In this document: one piece after another, positions 55,827 through 64,000 of the stretch
Layout: each line of letters starts with the position of its first letter
Numbering within the stretch: the stretch's first letter is position 1
Assembly (NCBI GenBank): GCA_017524525.1
Contig: JAFXVM010000016.1
Coordinates: 45,165 to 109,164, forward strand
Direction of reading: 5' to 3'
Length of the DNA stretch: 64,000 bases
From: Alphaproteobacteria bacterium
GTDB taxonomy: Bacteria > Pseudomonadota > Alphaproteobacteria > Rs-D84
Made by a program: the position numbers and the translations under genes
Notes under the pieces: model-generated
Databases searched by the model: none
What the model was told of the DNA's origin: nothing
Seen by the model: the letters and a program-made list of their open reading frames with translations, nothing else

Positions 55827-56087
55827 TTACGCGATTTTTGCAACTTTCTTTGCAATACGTGCAACCTTACGAGAAGCAGTTTTCTTTGGCATTGTTTTGC
55901 CTGCTGCTTTCATGATTTTGCTTTCTGCAGCGCGTGCAGCAGCAACTGCTGCAGCTTTGTCGCCAGATTCAATAGCGTTTAACGCTTTCTTGGTTGCAGT
56001 TTTCACAGCACTGCGACGTGCAGTATTAATTGCGTTCTTTTTTTCTGTTACCAGAATTCTTTTTTTACATGATTTATGATTTGCCAC
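55827..56087 (-). CDS. rpsT: 30S ribosomal protein S20
   Basis: MANHKS.KKRI....N..RRS..KT..K, KKTASRK. Confidence 0.96.
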   Translation of the reverse strand: MANHKSCKKRILVTEKKNAINTARRSAVKTATKKALNAIESGDKAAAVAAARAAESKIMKAAGKTMPKKTASRKVARIAKKVAKIA

Positions 56088-56161
56088 TTTATTTTCCTTT
56101 TATTTTTGTTGCGTTTTATGTTATTTTATAAGAAAGAATAATAAAATCAAGGGAAAATAAC

Positions 56162-56749
56162 ATGTCTTACTTAATTTCTTTAATTACTTCTTATTTTTTA
56201 GGCGCAATACCTTTTGGCTTAATTATCGCAAAGTTATTCAACAAAGGTGATATTAGAAAGGTTGGTTCTGGTAATATCGGTGCTACCAATGTTATGCGGG
56301 TTGGGGGATTGCGACTCGCTGGGCTTGTGTGGTTGTTAGATATGGCGAAAGCAGTGACGGCGGTATTGATTGGACGGTATGTTGGTGGTGAAATTTTTGC
56401 TGTTTGGTGCGGTTTTATGGCGATTGTTGGACATGTTTTCCCAATTTGGTTGCGTTTCCATGGGGGCAAAGGTATTTCTTGTTTGTTTGGGGTATTGTTG
56501 GCAATCAATCCGATTCTTTTTGTGGTGTGCGGAATTGAATGGTTGATAATTGCTCTGGGTACAGGTGTGTCATCTGGTGGGGCAGTAGTCGTGTTTTGTT
56601 TGGCACCTGTTTTGGGATTTTGTATCAGTTTTGGTATGGGACTTGGGTTTTTAGCAATATCAGTTATTTGTGTTTGGCGGCACAAGGATAATATTTTGCG
56701 TCTTGTCAAAGGACAAGAGTCTGTCATAGAATGGAAATGGAAAAAATAA
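56162..56749 (+). CDS. plsY: Glycerol-3-phosphate acyltransferase
   Basis: GSGNIGATN, GHVFP...F.GGKG, RH..NI.RL. Confidence 0.95.
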   Translation: MSYLISLITSYFLGAIPFGLIIAKLFNKGDIRKVGSGNIGATNVMRVGGLRLAGLVWLLDMAKAVTAVLIGRYVGGEIFAVWCGFMAIVGHVFPIWLRFHGGKGISCLFGVLLAINPILFVVCGIEWLIIALGTGVSSGGAVVVFCLAPVLGFCISFGMGLGFLAISVICVWRHKDNILRLVKGQESVIEWKWKK

Positions 56750-56823
56750 TATTTTTTATTTTATTTCTATTTGTAATTGGGGTTGGTTTGTGGTATAATT
56801 GTTCGTATAAAGAGGGAATACAA

Positions 56824-57633
56824 ATGAAGCATTTTATTTCAATAGCCATATTATCTTTGTTGGTTTGTGGTGCCCAGGCTGCACAAAATGGACGTGCTAC
56901 GATGGCAGGAAAGACTGTTATGTCTGCGCCACGTGCAACCGCATCTATTAATCAGTTAAACGGTATGGGGGCGCCTGTGGCGAACAATGTTCCAACAGAT
57001 CAAATACCTAGTGCGGATCCGATTAAGCCTGCCCAGGAAGAAGTTGACAGACGCGAAGCGGAACGTAACGCTTGTATAAATAACAACATAGGTATTGGTA
57101 ATACTTTTGTGTGGGCCTCTCGTAATAGCGATACTTCTAATTATGCTGCTATGATGGAAGATGTTAATAATCCAAAGAACAATGTTTGTTTCGTTCGTGT
57201 TGAATTGAAGTCCGATGATGAATCAAGAGTTTCTGTATCGGATATTCCTGCTAAATATTTCATGTGGGGTGAAAATATTGAATGTGGTTCTTGGGTAAAT
57301 GAAAAAGATATGGAAAAACGTATTCTGGATGCCAAGAAGGGTGCAAGAATTGGCGGTATCGTTGCAAGTACTGTCGGTGGCGCGGGTCTTGGTGTTGGTG
57401 TAATGGAAGCGTTTGGAAATAAGGCAATTGGTGGTAAAGTTCAAGGTCAAAAGGCTTTGGAAGGCGTACAACTTTATAGATCACAGTTGTTAGTTTACAA
57501 AGAAAAAAATATTACGGAATACAACAGAATTGTTAATGCGTTAAAGGTTCTTAAGGAAGCTGGAACTACAGATTCCATCGGGGGCGTAGATTATGCATCT
57601 TATAAACCGTTAATAGACGAATTTGCTAATTAA
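56824..57633 (+). CDS. Secreted hypothetical protein with Gly-zipper-like segment
   Basis: GAGGG RBS, signal peptide, IGGIVASTVGGAGLGVG. Confidence 0.7.
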   Translation: MKHFISIAILSLLVCGAQAAQNGRATMAGKTVMSAPRATASINQLNGMGAPVANNVPTDQIPSADPIKPAQEEVDRREAERNACINNNIGIGNTFVWASRNSDTSNYAAMMEDVNNPKNNVCFVRVELKSDDESRVSVSDIPAKYFMWGENIECGSWVNEKDMEKRILDAKKGARIGGIVASTVGGAGLGVGVMEAFGNKAIGGKVQGQKALEGVQLYRSQLLVYKEKNITEYNRIVNALKVLKEAGTTDSIGGVDYASYKPLIDEFAN

Positions 57634-57639
57634 TAAAGG

Positions 57640-58185
57640 ATGGAAAAAATGAAGAAAATTTTAATTTTTGCTTTGATGTTTGTTCCAATGGTATCTTTTG
57701 CTGCGCCGTCAGTTCGTGTTTTAGGCAGCGGTACAGGAACAACAGCTTCTTCAACGTCTGGGGCAAAAATTACACCAGCCAAAACATCAAGTGTTTCAAA
57801 ATCTGCTGCGCTTAATACAAGCAAAAGTTCTTCGACTGCAGGTTCTCGTGTTGGGACTTTGCGCGCGGTGCCAAAAGTTGGCAGTGGCGTGGCTTCTACA
57901 ACAGGTGGCGTTTCGACAGCATCAAGATTTCCTGTGATTACACCTGCTCATTCTTACAGCAGTATCACAAAACCACAGGCAACAGGTGGAACTACTGTGA
58001 TTAACGGGGTAACAGAAGAAGATGTTGTTAATATAATTGTTCAAGAATTAAAAAAGAATGAAGACCCACGTGTTGATATGATTTATACAGGAGAAAATCG
58101 GGAAGCATATTGGCGTGATAAAAATCCTCAATTGGTTGATCAGTATTTGAATGAAGGTTATGTTTTTATGTGGATAGAAGAATAA
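57640..58185 (+). CDS. Secreted Ser/Thr/Gly-rich hypothetical protein
   Basis: Signal peptide (SFA-AP), low-complexity core, C-terminal FMWIEE. Confidence 0.7.
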   Translation: MEKMKKILIFALMFVPMVSFAAPSVRVLGSGTGTTASSTSGAKITPAKTSSVSKSAALNTSKSSSTAGSRVGTLRAVPKVGSGVASTTGGVSTASRFPVITPAHSYSSITKPQATGGTTVINGVTEEDVVNIIVQELKKNEDPRVDMIYTGENREAYWRDKNPQLVDQYLNEGYVFMWIEE

Positions 58186-58247
58186 TCAGGTGCTGTGAAT
58201 TTTTTACTTAAAAAAGATTGTAGTTTTGTTCTACAATCTTTTTTGTT

Positions 58248-59258
58248 ATGGATATGTTATTAAAAAAACTTTTGATATTAAGAACATCTGGTATCGGTCC
58301 AGCGAAGTATAATGCGCTTTTAAGTCAATACGGTGATGATGATGCAATTTTGGATGCCTTGGTGTTAAGCGATGATTTTATTGATTCTGTGAAGCGCGAA
58401 ATAGATTTGGCTTACAGTTTGAATATAGAATATATTTGCGATACTGATTCGAAATATCCAAAACGATTAAAAGCAATAAAGAACCATCCAATTGTAATTT
58501 CTGCGCGTGGAAATTTGGATACTTTGATTAAACCGAGTGTTGCGATGGTTGGAACGCGACATTCTACGGCGGCGGGAATGAAGTTTATTTCAAATTTGGC
58601 CGAATCGTTTGTATCGCATAATTTTTCTGTGGTTTCTGGTATGGCGATGGGAACAGATACCGCTGCGCATGTTGGTGCGCTAAAAACAACTGGTAATACG
58701 CAAACTATCGCTGTGTTGGCGGGTGGTGTTGATTATATTTGGCCGTTTGAAAACGAAACGTTATATTATCAAATTTTAGAACGTGGTGTTGTGATAAGCG
58801 AAATGCCGGTGGGGATGAAGCCAAATGCACAAAATTTTGTTCAAAGAAATCATTGGGTTGCAGGTATCGCTGATTTTTTAATATTAGGCGAAGCAGATGC
58901 AAAATCTGGCAGTATGACCACAGCACGATTCGCTTTGGATTATGGAAAGCGCGTATTTGCGGTGCCTGGACACCCAAGTGATGCACGTAGTATTGGACCA
59001 AATACTTTGATAAAAAGTGGTGCAGCAACATTATGTATGTCATCAAAAGATTTCTTTGATGATGAAAATGTCCAAACAAATAAAAAAAATTTAAAACCAC
59101 AAAACGATATTCTTGATAAGTTAGGAATAATTCCTGTCTCGGAATCTGTATTGGCAAATCTTGTCAAAAAATCCGTTGCGGAAATTAAGGCTGATTTGGT
59201 GGTCTTGGAATTACAAGGTTTGATAAGAAAACAAGATGGCGGATATGTTTTAAACTGA
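58248..59258 (+). CDS. dprA: DNA processing protein DprA
   Basis: VGTR, VSGMA.GTD.AAH, F.QRN, SGS..TA, VFAVPG. Confidence 0.93.
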   Translation: MDMLLKKLLILRTSGIGPAKYNALLSQYGDDDAILDALVLSDDFIDSVKREIDLAYSLNIEYICDTDSKYPKRLKAIKNHPIVISARGNLDTLIKPSVAMVGTRHSTAAGMKFISNLAESFVSHNFSVVSGMAMGTDTAAHVGALKTTGNTQTIAVLAGGVDYIWPFENETLYYQILERGVVISEMPVGMKPNAQNFVQRNHWVAGIADFLILGEADAKSGSMTTARFALDYGKRVFAVPGHPSDARSIGPNTLIKSGAATLCMSSKDFFDDENVQTNKKNLKPQNDILDKLGIIPVSESVLANLVKKSVAEIKADLVVLELQGLIRKQDGGYVLN

Positions 59259-59546
59259 TTTTTAAAATGTATATACAATGTATATACAAAGTGCGAAAAT
59301 CTGGTAAAAAAACGAATCGTTGTCAAAAAATAAATCGTAGATTTTTGTTTAACATTTAGTTGCAAACAGAAATTAATCTTATACATTAATCGCATATCCA
59401 AACGATTGATTTTTATCAATCACTAAAGCGAGAGAAAAGAGTAGGGCACGCATAAATAATAAATGTAAATTTACTGTTTATGTGGGTGTGGTTTTATAAC
59501 CATAAAAATGCGTAAACTCTTTTAGGAAGGAAAAGGAGCAAACGAC

Positions 59547-60827
59547 ATGCAAGCAACAGCAACATTGAAAAACGCAAACGTTGAATCAATCATGGGGGCT
59601 TTTGCGGCCAAAATAGATTCAAGCGCATTTGCAACCTGGATTGCACCCCTTAAAGCAGAAGTGTGTCAAAAGCGTTTAAACCTTGTTGCGCAAAACCAAT
59701 TTACCGCCGACTATGTCAAACGAGAATACGGAGAAATCCTGAAGGCAATAGCGGCGGATTTTCTTTTGGATTTGAATATTGTTGCAGGGTCCGCTGTTAA
59801 TAACATAGTGAAATGTGCAAATGATAATGTTGTTTGTGAATTTATGCCGGTTAAGAAAAATCAAAATGCTAAACAAAATGGTTTCGATAAATTTATCGCT
59901 TGCGATGAAAACATGTTCGCAGTCGCAGCATGTAAAAAAATGGCATTGGGTAATGCTTCGTTTTCTCAGTTGTTTATATATGGTGGCAGTGGCGCAGGGA
60001 AATCTATGTTGTTAGATTGTATTTGTGATGCATCTACGCAACATATTGTTAAAATGACAGGTGGACAATTCGTCGCTGATTTTGCGCGTTCATTACGTGA
60101 TAATACAATCTTTTCTTTCAAAGATTATTGTCGCAATTGTGATATATTTATGATGGATGATGTATGTGCGTTGGCTGGCAAACGTGCAAGTATGGATGAA
60201 TTTTTACAATTAATTATGGATTTAAAAAATGCTGGTAAATCTATTGTGTTAACTGCGAACGCTGCACCTAATGCATTAAATGGGTTTGACAGACGTGTTC
60301 AATCTTTGTTTGCATCAGGTTTGGTTGTAGATGTGGTTGCGCCAAATGCATTTGTTCGTCGTTCTTTGTTGATTCGTAATGGTGTTAAAACTGATGTCGC
60401 AGAAGAATTGTCTAAATCTATTGCAGCAGATGGGCATTTGGTAGATGGTGTTATTAATAAAATCAAAACATATACAGAATTAATGGGCGAAAGTGTAAAT
60501 ATGGCAGTGGCGTCTCGTTTGTTAGGTGACGTATTGCAAAAAAACAGAACACCAATTTCTATGGTAAAGGCAATGTGTGAAAAAATGTCTGTTTCTTATG
60601 ATGAGATTTGTGGTAATTCGCGTGCGCGCCGTCTTGTACGTGCGCGTCAAATCATGATGGCTGCGTTAAAAAGTGCGACAAATTTGTCTTTGACAGAAAT
60701 TGGTAATGTTTGTGGTGGACGCGACCATGCCACAGTGGTTTATGCACTTAATCAAATTGAAAATCAAAAAGGCGTAGATTTGATGTTGAACGCAGAAATA
60801 GATGCAATGGTAAAATTGTGCAAATAG
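59547..60827 (+). CDS. dnaA: Chromosomal replication initiator (divergent)
   Basis: Domain I (F.TWI), Walker A GGSGAGKS, DD Walker B, domain IV ARQI.M..SL.EIG..GGRDHATV. Confidence 0.88.
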   Translation: MQATATLKNANVESIMGAFAAKIDSSAFATWIAPLKAEVCQKRLNLVAQNQFTADYVKREYGEILKAIAADFLLDLNIVAGSAVNNIVKCANDNVVCEFMPVKKNQNAKQNGFDKFIACDENMFAVAACKKMALGNASFSQLFIYGGSGAGKSMLLDCICDASTQHIVKMTGGQFVADFARSLRDNTIFSFKDYCRNCDIFMMDDVCALAGKRASMDEFLQLIMDLKNAGKSIVLTANAAPNALNGFDRRVQSLFASGLVVDVVAPNAFVRRSLLIRNGVKTDVAEELSKSIAADGHLVDGVINKIKTYTELMGESVNMAVASRLLGDVLQKNRTPISMVKAMCEKMSVSYDEICGNSRARRLVRARQIMMAALKSATNLSLTEIGNVCGGRDHATVVYALNQIENQKGVDLMLNAEIDAMVKLCK

Positions 60828-60860
60828 AAAGTTTTCGTTAAGCGAAAAAAAAGGAGAGAA

Positions 60861-60891
60861 AAATACCTGCCGTTTTCGGCGGGTGTTTTTT
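60861..60891 (+). terminator. Intrinsic terminator
   Basis: ACCTGCCG-TTTT-CGGCGGGTGTTTTTT. Confidence 0.85.
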
Positions 60892-61046
60892 GCGTCGAAA
60901 ACGAACGTTTGTGTAGTATTTATATAAATTGAAAATCAGTGAGAAAAAAACCTAGATTCCCGGGGTTTTGTTTTTTGGTTTCAACGGGCAAATAGTTTGA
61001 TTTAAACGTTCCTTTGTGTTATACTATTTACGATAGAGGGAGTGCC

Positions 61047-61853
61047 GTGAAAAAACTTTGTTTTATCGGTATAATTCTTGCATTAACGTCGAACTTTTGT
61101 TTTGGCGATAATTTTCGCATAAATAAACTCGTCCAAGAAAAACAGCGCAAAATGGAAGAACTCGAAAAATGTATGGGGTCAACCAAGGGATTAAAAATAG
61201 CTGGTATATCTACACTTGGTCTAACGGCTGTTGGTGTTGCTGGTAATGTAATTGAGGCGAAAAAGATAAAAGAATATGATGACAAAATAGAAAGCACTGA
61301 AAAAAGCATAGCAAAAACCCAAAAACAAATAGAAAAAGCGCGTGCAGATTTAGCAAAACAACAAGCAGAGGCTGGGCAAGATAGTTCCCAAATAGTTATG
61401 TCTGAGACTGATAAGATTATACAGGAAAAATTGAAAACACAAACATTTACAACTGGGGTTGCTAAAAATAAAAACGGTCAGTGCAAAAGTTTTGGCGGTT
61501 CTATATCCTTGGAAGATTGTGAAGATTTGCCAAATGAGACCTGGACTGTCGAAAGTGAAGAAATGTCAACTGGTGGGGTGTCCAGTTGTTCTGTGACCAA
61601 AGGTGTTGTTGGACAGGCAGGGGCGCTAAATGATGAAAGCGATGGGGCTTATTGTTGGTGCAGCATGCTTGGGACAACAGGTACAAATTCAGGTGCATTG
61701 TATCTTAGTAATTCTTCTTGGGTGTATATAGGTGATTTAGGTAGCAATTGTGGCGCAAAGTGTGCTTATGAATGTGCAACAAAAGTTTTAAATGATAAAG
61801 ATATTAGAAAAGTTATTATGAACACAGAATGGTTCCATAAAATAGATATATAA
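61047..61853 (+). CDS. Secreted protein: hydrophobic hairpin, coiled coil, Cys-rich domain
   Basis: GTG start after GAGGGA; KIAGISTLGLTAVGVAGN; GVSSC, CWC, CGAKCAYEC. Confidence 0.75.
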   Translation: MKKLCFIGIILALTSNFCFGDNFRINKLVQEKQRKMEELEKCMGSTKGLKIAGISTLGLTAVGVAGNVIEAKKIKEYDDKIESTEKSIAKTQKQIEKARADLAKQQAEAGQDSSQIVMSETDKIIQEKLKTQTFTTGVAKNKNGQCKSFGGSISLEDCEDLPNETWTVESEEMSTGGVSSCSVTKGVVGQAGALNDESDGAYCWCSMLGTTGTNSGALYLSNSSWVYIGDLGSNCGAKCAYECATKVLNDKDIRKVIMNTEWFHKIDI

Positions 61854-61885
61854 AAAATACCCGCCATTTTCGGCGGGAGTTTTTT
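61852..61885. terminator. Bidirectional intrinsic terminator
   Basis: CCCGCC-ATTTTC-GGCGGG flanked by A and T runs. Confidence 0.8.
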
Positions 61886-61887
61886 AT

Positions 61888-63018
61888 TTAAAACCAACCT
61901 TTCTTTTCTGTTTTATTGCCAGCGAATTCGTTCAATGCTTTCTTTTGTTTTTCGCTTAATTTTTTTGGAATAACAATCCCGATTTCAATATACAAATCGC
62001 CAAAGCCACCGCGTCCTGTGGGCATGCCGTGTCCGCGGACACGCAATTTTTCGCCGACCTGGGTTCCGTTCGGTATCTTTACAGATAATTTTTTATCGTC
62101 CAAAGTTTCAATTTCTATTTCACCACCAAGTGCTAGTGTTGCAAAATCTAAATCTTGGTGCACTAATAAATCGTTACCGATGCGTTCAAATTTTTTGTCT
62201 GGACGGATGCGGACATCAATGTAAAAATCGCCGGCTTCGCCACCGTTCGGGGCGGCTTCGCCCATTCCCGCCATACGCAGACGCGCGCCGTCCATTATGC
62301 CTGCGGGAATTTTTACATCCAGTGTGCGTTGTTTATTAACTGTGCCTGTGCCGTCACATACGCTGCATTTTTTATCAATCTTTTTACCCAATCCATGACA
62401 TTCAGGGCAAGGTGTTTCAACTGCGAAAAATCCCTGACGCGCGTGGACATAACCTGTTCCACCACAAGTTTTACATGTGGGTGCCGCTTTCCCATCCGCT
62501 GTTCCATGACCGTCGCATTTTTCACATTTGACAGCACTGGTGAATTTCACGGTATGAGTTGTGCCAAAAAAGGCGTCTTTTAAATCAATAACAACTTCGT
62601 CCAGTAAATCACGACCGCGTTGTTGAGCATGTTGACTGTTTTCGCCGAATCCGCCACCAAAACCAAAGCCACGCATCGCTTCGCGTAAAATATCTTCCAT
62701 GCCACCCATGTCGCCACCGCCCATATTGAAATGGAAAGAGCCATTTCCAAATGGATTGCCGCCCATGCCGGCGCCAGCACTGGCCCCATTGCCCCCGGCA
62801 AATGCGGCATCGCCAAAACGGTCGTATGCAGCGCGTTTTTGAGGGTCTTTTAATATATCAAAGGCATTGTTGACTTCTTTGAATTTTTCTTCGGCACTTT
62901 TGTCGCCCGGGTTTTTGTCTGGGTGATATTTCATAACTAATTTATGATAGGCTTTTTTTATGTCGGTATCGCTTGCATCGCGTGCAACACCTAAAACTTC
63001 ATAAGGATTTTTGTTCAT
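61888..63018 (-). CDS. dnaJ: Chaperone DnaJ
   Basis: HPD J-domain, G/F-rich region, four CxxCxGxG repeats. Confidence 0.97.
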   Translation of the reverse strand: MNKNPYEVLGVARDASDTDIKKAYHKLVMKYHPDKNPGDKSAEEKFKEVNNAFDILKDPQKRAAYDRFGDAAFAGGNGASAGAGMGGNPFGNGSFHFNMGGGDMGGMEDILREAMRGFGFGGGFGENSQHAQQRGRDLLDEVVIDLKDAFFGTTHTVKFTSAVKCEKCDGHGTADGKAAPTCKTCGGTGYVHARQGFFAVETPCPECHGLGKKIDKKCSVCDGTGTVNKQRTLDVKIPAGIMDGARLRMAGMGEAAPNGGEAGDFYIDVRIRPDKKFERIGNDLLVHQDLDFATLALGGEIEIETLDDKKLSVKIPNGTQVGEKLRVRGHGMPTGRGGFGDLYIEIGIVIPKKLSEKQKKALNEFAGNKTEKKGWF

Positions 63019-63051
63019 AATTTTTCCCGTTTAATTCTTTTTGTATCAAAT

Positions 63052-63079
63052 ATATAGGTATATTATATTAAAAATCAAG
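63052..63079 (-). promoter_or_regulatory. Sigma32 heat-shock promoter of dnaJ
   Basis: CTTG-N17-CCTATAT, matching the alphaproteobacterial RpoH consensus. Confidence 0.7.
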
Positions 63080-63187
63080 TATATAAAAATACTATTTTTT
63101 TGCAGTTTTTTGGGAAAGGGGTTATAGTTTCGCTTGCTAAAATTTTAAAAATGTTATAATAATGTTGTGTTAAAAATGGGAAAGACG

Positions 63188-64000
63188 ATGAACAAATATG
63201 ATGCTTCGGATATTCAGGTGTTGGAAGGTTTGGAACCTGTACGGTTGCGACCGGGTATGTATATTGGTGGAACAGATGAAAAGGCTTGGCACCATTTACC
63301 AGTTGAAATTATGGACAATTCTATTGACGAAGCGGTTGCAGGATTCGCAAAGAAAATAGTTGTGAATTTAATTGATTCTAAAACGATTGAAATTACTGAT
63401 GATGGACGCGGAATACCAGTTGATGAACATCCTAAATATCCCGGAAAATCTGCATTGGAAGTTATTTTAACAACTTTGCATTCGGGCGGAAAATTTAATA
63501 ATAATGTATACAAAACCAGTGGCGGATTGCATGGGGTCGGCAGTGCTGTGGTTAATGCTTTGTCTTCAAATATGGATGTGACCATTTCCAGAGACGGTTT
63601 TGAATGGCAACAGACTTTTTCTCGGGGAAAAGCAACCAGCCCAATTATCAAAGGGAATCCTACTAAGGCACATGGGACAAGAATTAAATTTACTTTGGAT
63701 GATGAAATATTTGGTGAAAGTGCCGTTTTTAAACCAATCAAAATTTATCGTATGGCACGTGCTAAATCTTTCTTGTCGCGTGGGGTAAAGATTGAATGGC
63801 ATTGTAATCCAGCGCTGCTTACCGAAGATATGAATATAGAGGCAGATAAAGTATTTTATTATCCAAATGGAGTTGCTGATTTTATCGCAGAAAAAACTGA
63901 ATCTAAGCCGCGTATTTTGCCAAAGACTTTCAGTGGCTCTATTGATTTTCCTGATGATAGTGGGCGCGTAGAGTGGGCGTTAACTGTGTTGACAGATGAA
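63188..64000 (+). CDS. parE: Topoisomerase IV subunit B (partial)
   Basis: Not in the ORF track (no stop in window). LEGLEPVR.RPGMYIGGTD, LHSGGKF, GGLHGVG; KP..IYRMARAK is alphaproteobacterial ParE-like. Confidence 0.85.
   Translation, partial: MNKYDASDIQVLEGLEPVRLRPGMYIGGTDEKAWHHLPVEIMDNSIDEAVAGFAKKIVVNLIDSKTIEITDDGRGIPVDEHPKYPGKSALEVILTTLHSGGKFNNNVYKTSGGLHGVGSAVVNALSSNMDVTISRDGFEWQQTFSRGKATSPIIKGNPTKAHGTRIKFTLDDEIFGESAVFKPIKIYRMARAKSFLSRGVKIEWHCNPALLTEDMNIEADKVFYYPNGVADFIAEKTESKPRILPKTFSGSIDFPDDSGRVEWALTVLTDE

Noticed and set aside
59259-59546. oriC next to dnaA
   Set aside because: No convincing TTATCCACA-like boxes seen on either side of dnaA.
61748-61776. Radical SAM motif in the Cys-rich domains
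   Set aside because: Spacing is CxxxCxxxC, not CxxxCxxC, and the proteins are exported.
63188-64000. gyrB
   Set aside because: GGTDEKA.HH and RMARAK signatures fit ParE better; the sequence is partial, so some doubt remains.

Overview
This is a low-GC, gene-dense chromosomal window from a reduced alphaproteobacterium. The assignment is an inference from the RpoH, ParE and DksA signatures and the ruvX/gatCAB, tatBC-nlpD and plsY-dprA gene order; a Rickettsiales/Holosporales-like or uncultured gut lineage is plausible. Most genes are housekeeping (rpoH, rsmE, thrS, tatABC, dksA, trxA, suf genes, ftsI, recJ, lolA, miaB, gatCAB, rpsT, plsY, dprA, dnaA, dnaJ, parE) plus tRNA-Lys(CTT) and tRNA-Phe(GAA). 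Highlights: (1) a probably leaderless 18-codon peptide with six consecutive Thr codons directly upstream of thrS, a candidate ribosome-sensing attenuator; (2) a 6.4-kb element integrated in tRNA-Lys (48-bp att duplication) carrying a P4-like integrase, a small HUH Rep, two catalytically degenerate FtsK-like proteins, an orphan PD-(D/E)XK nuclease and two lipoproteins behind a C4/CI-like structured RNA; (3) a 170-bp tRNA-linked repeat; (4) an orphan VirD4, a TcpQ/PilN type IVb pilus pair, a Slam plus cargo lipoprotein pair and a ligand-less SodC-fold lipoprotein; (5) ORFans inserted into gatCAB. All calls come from reading motifs by eye; no searches were run.
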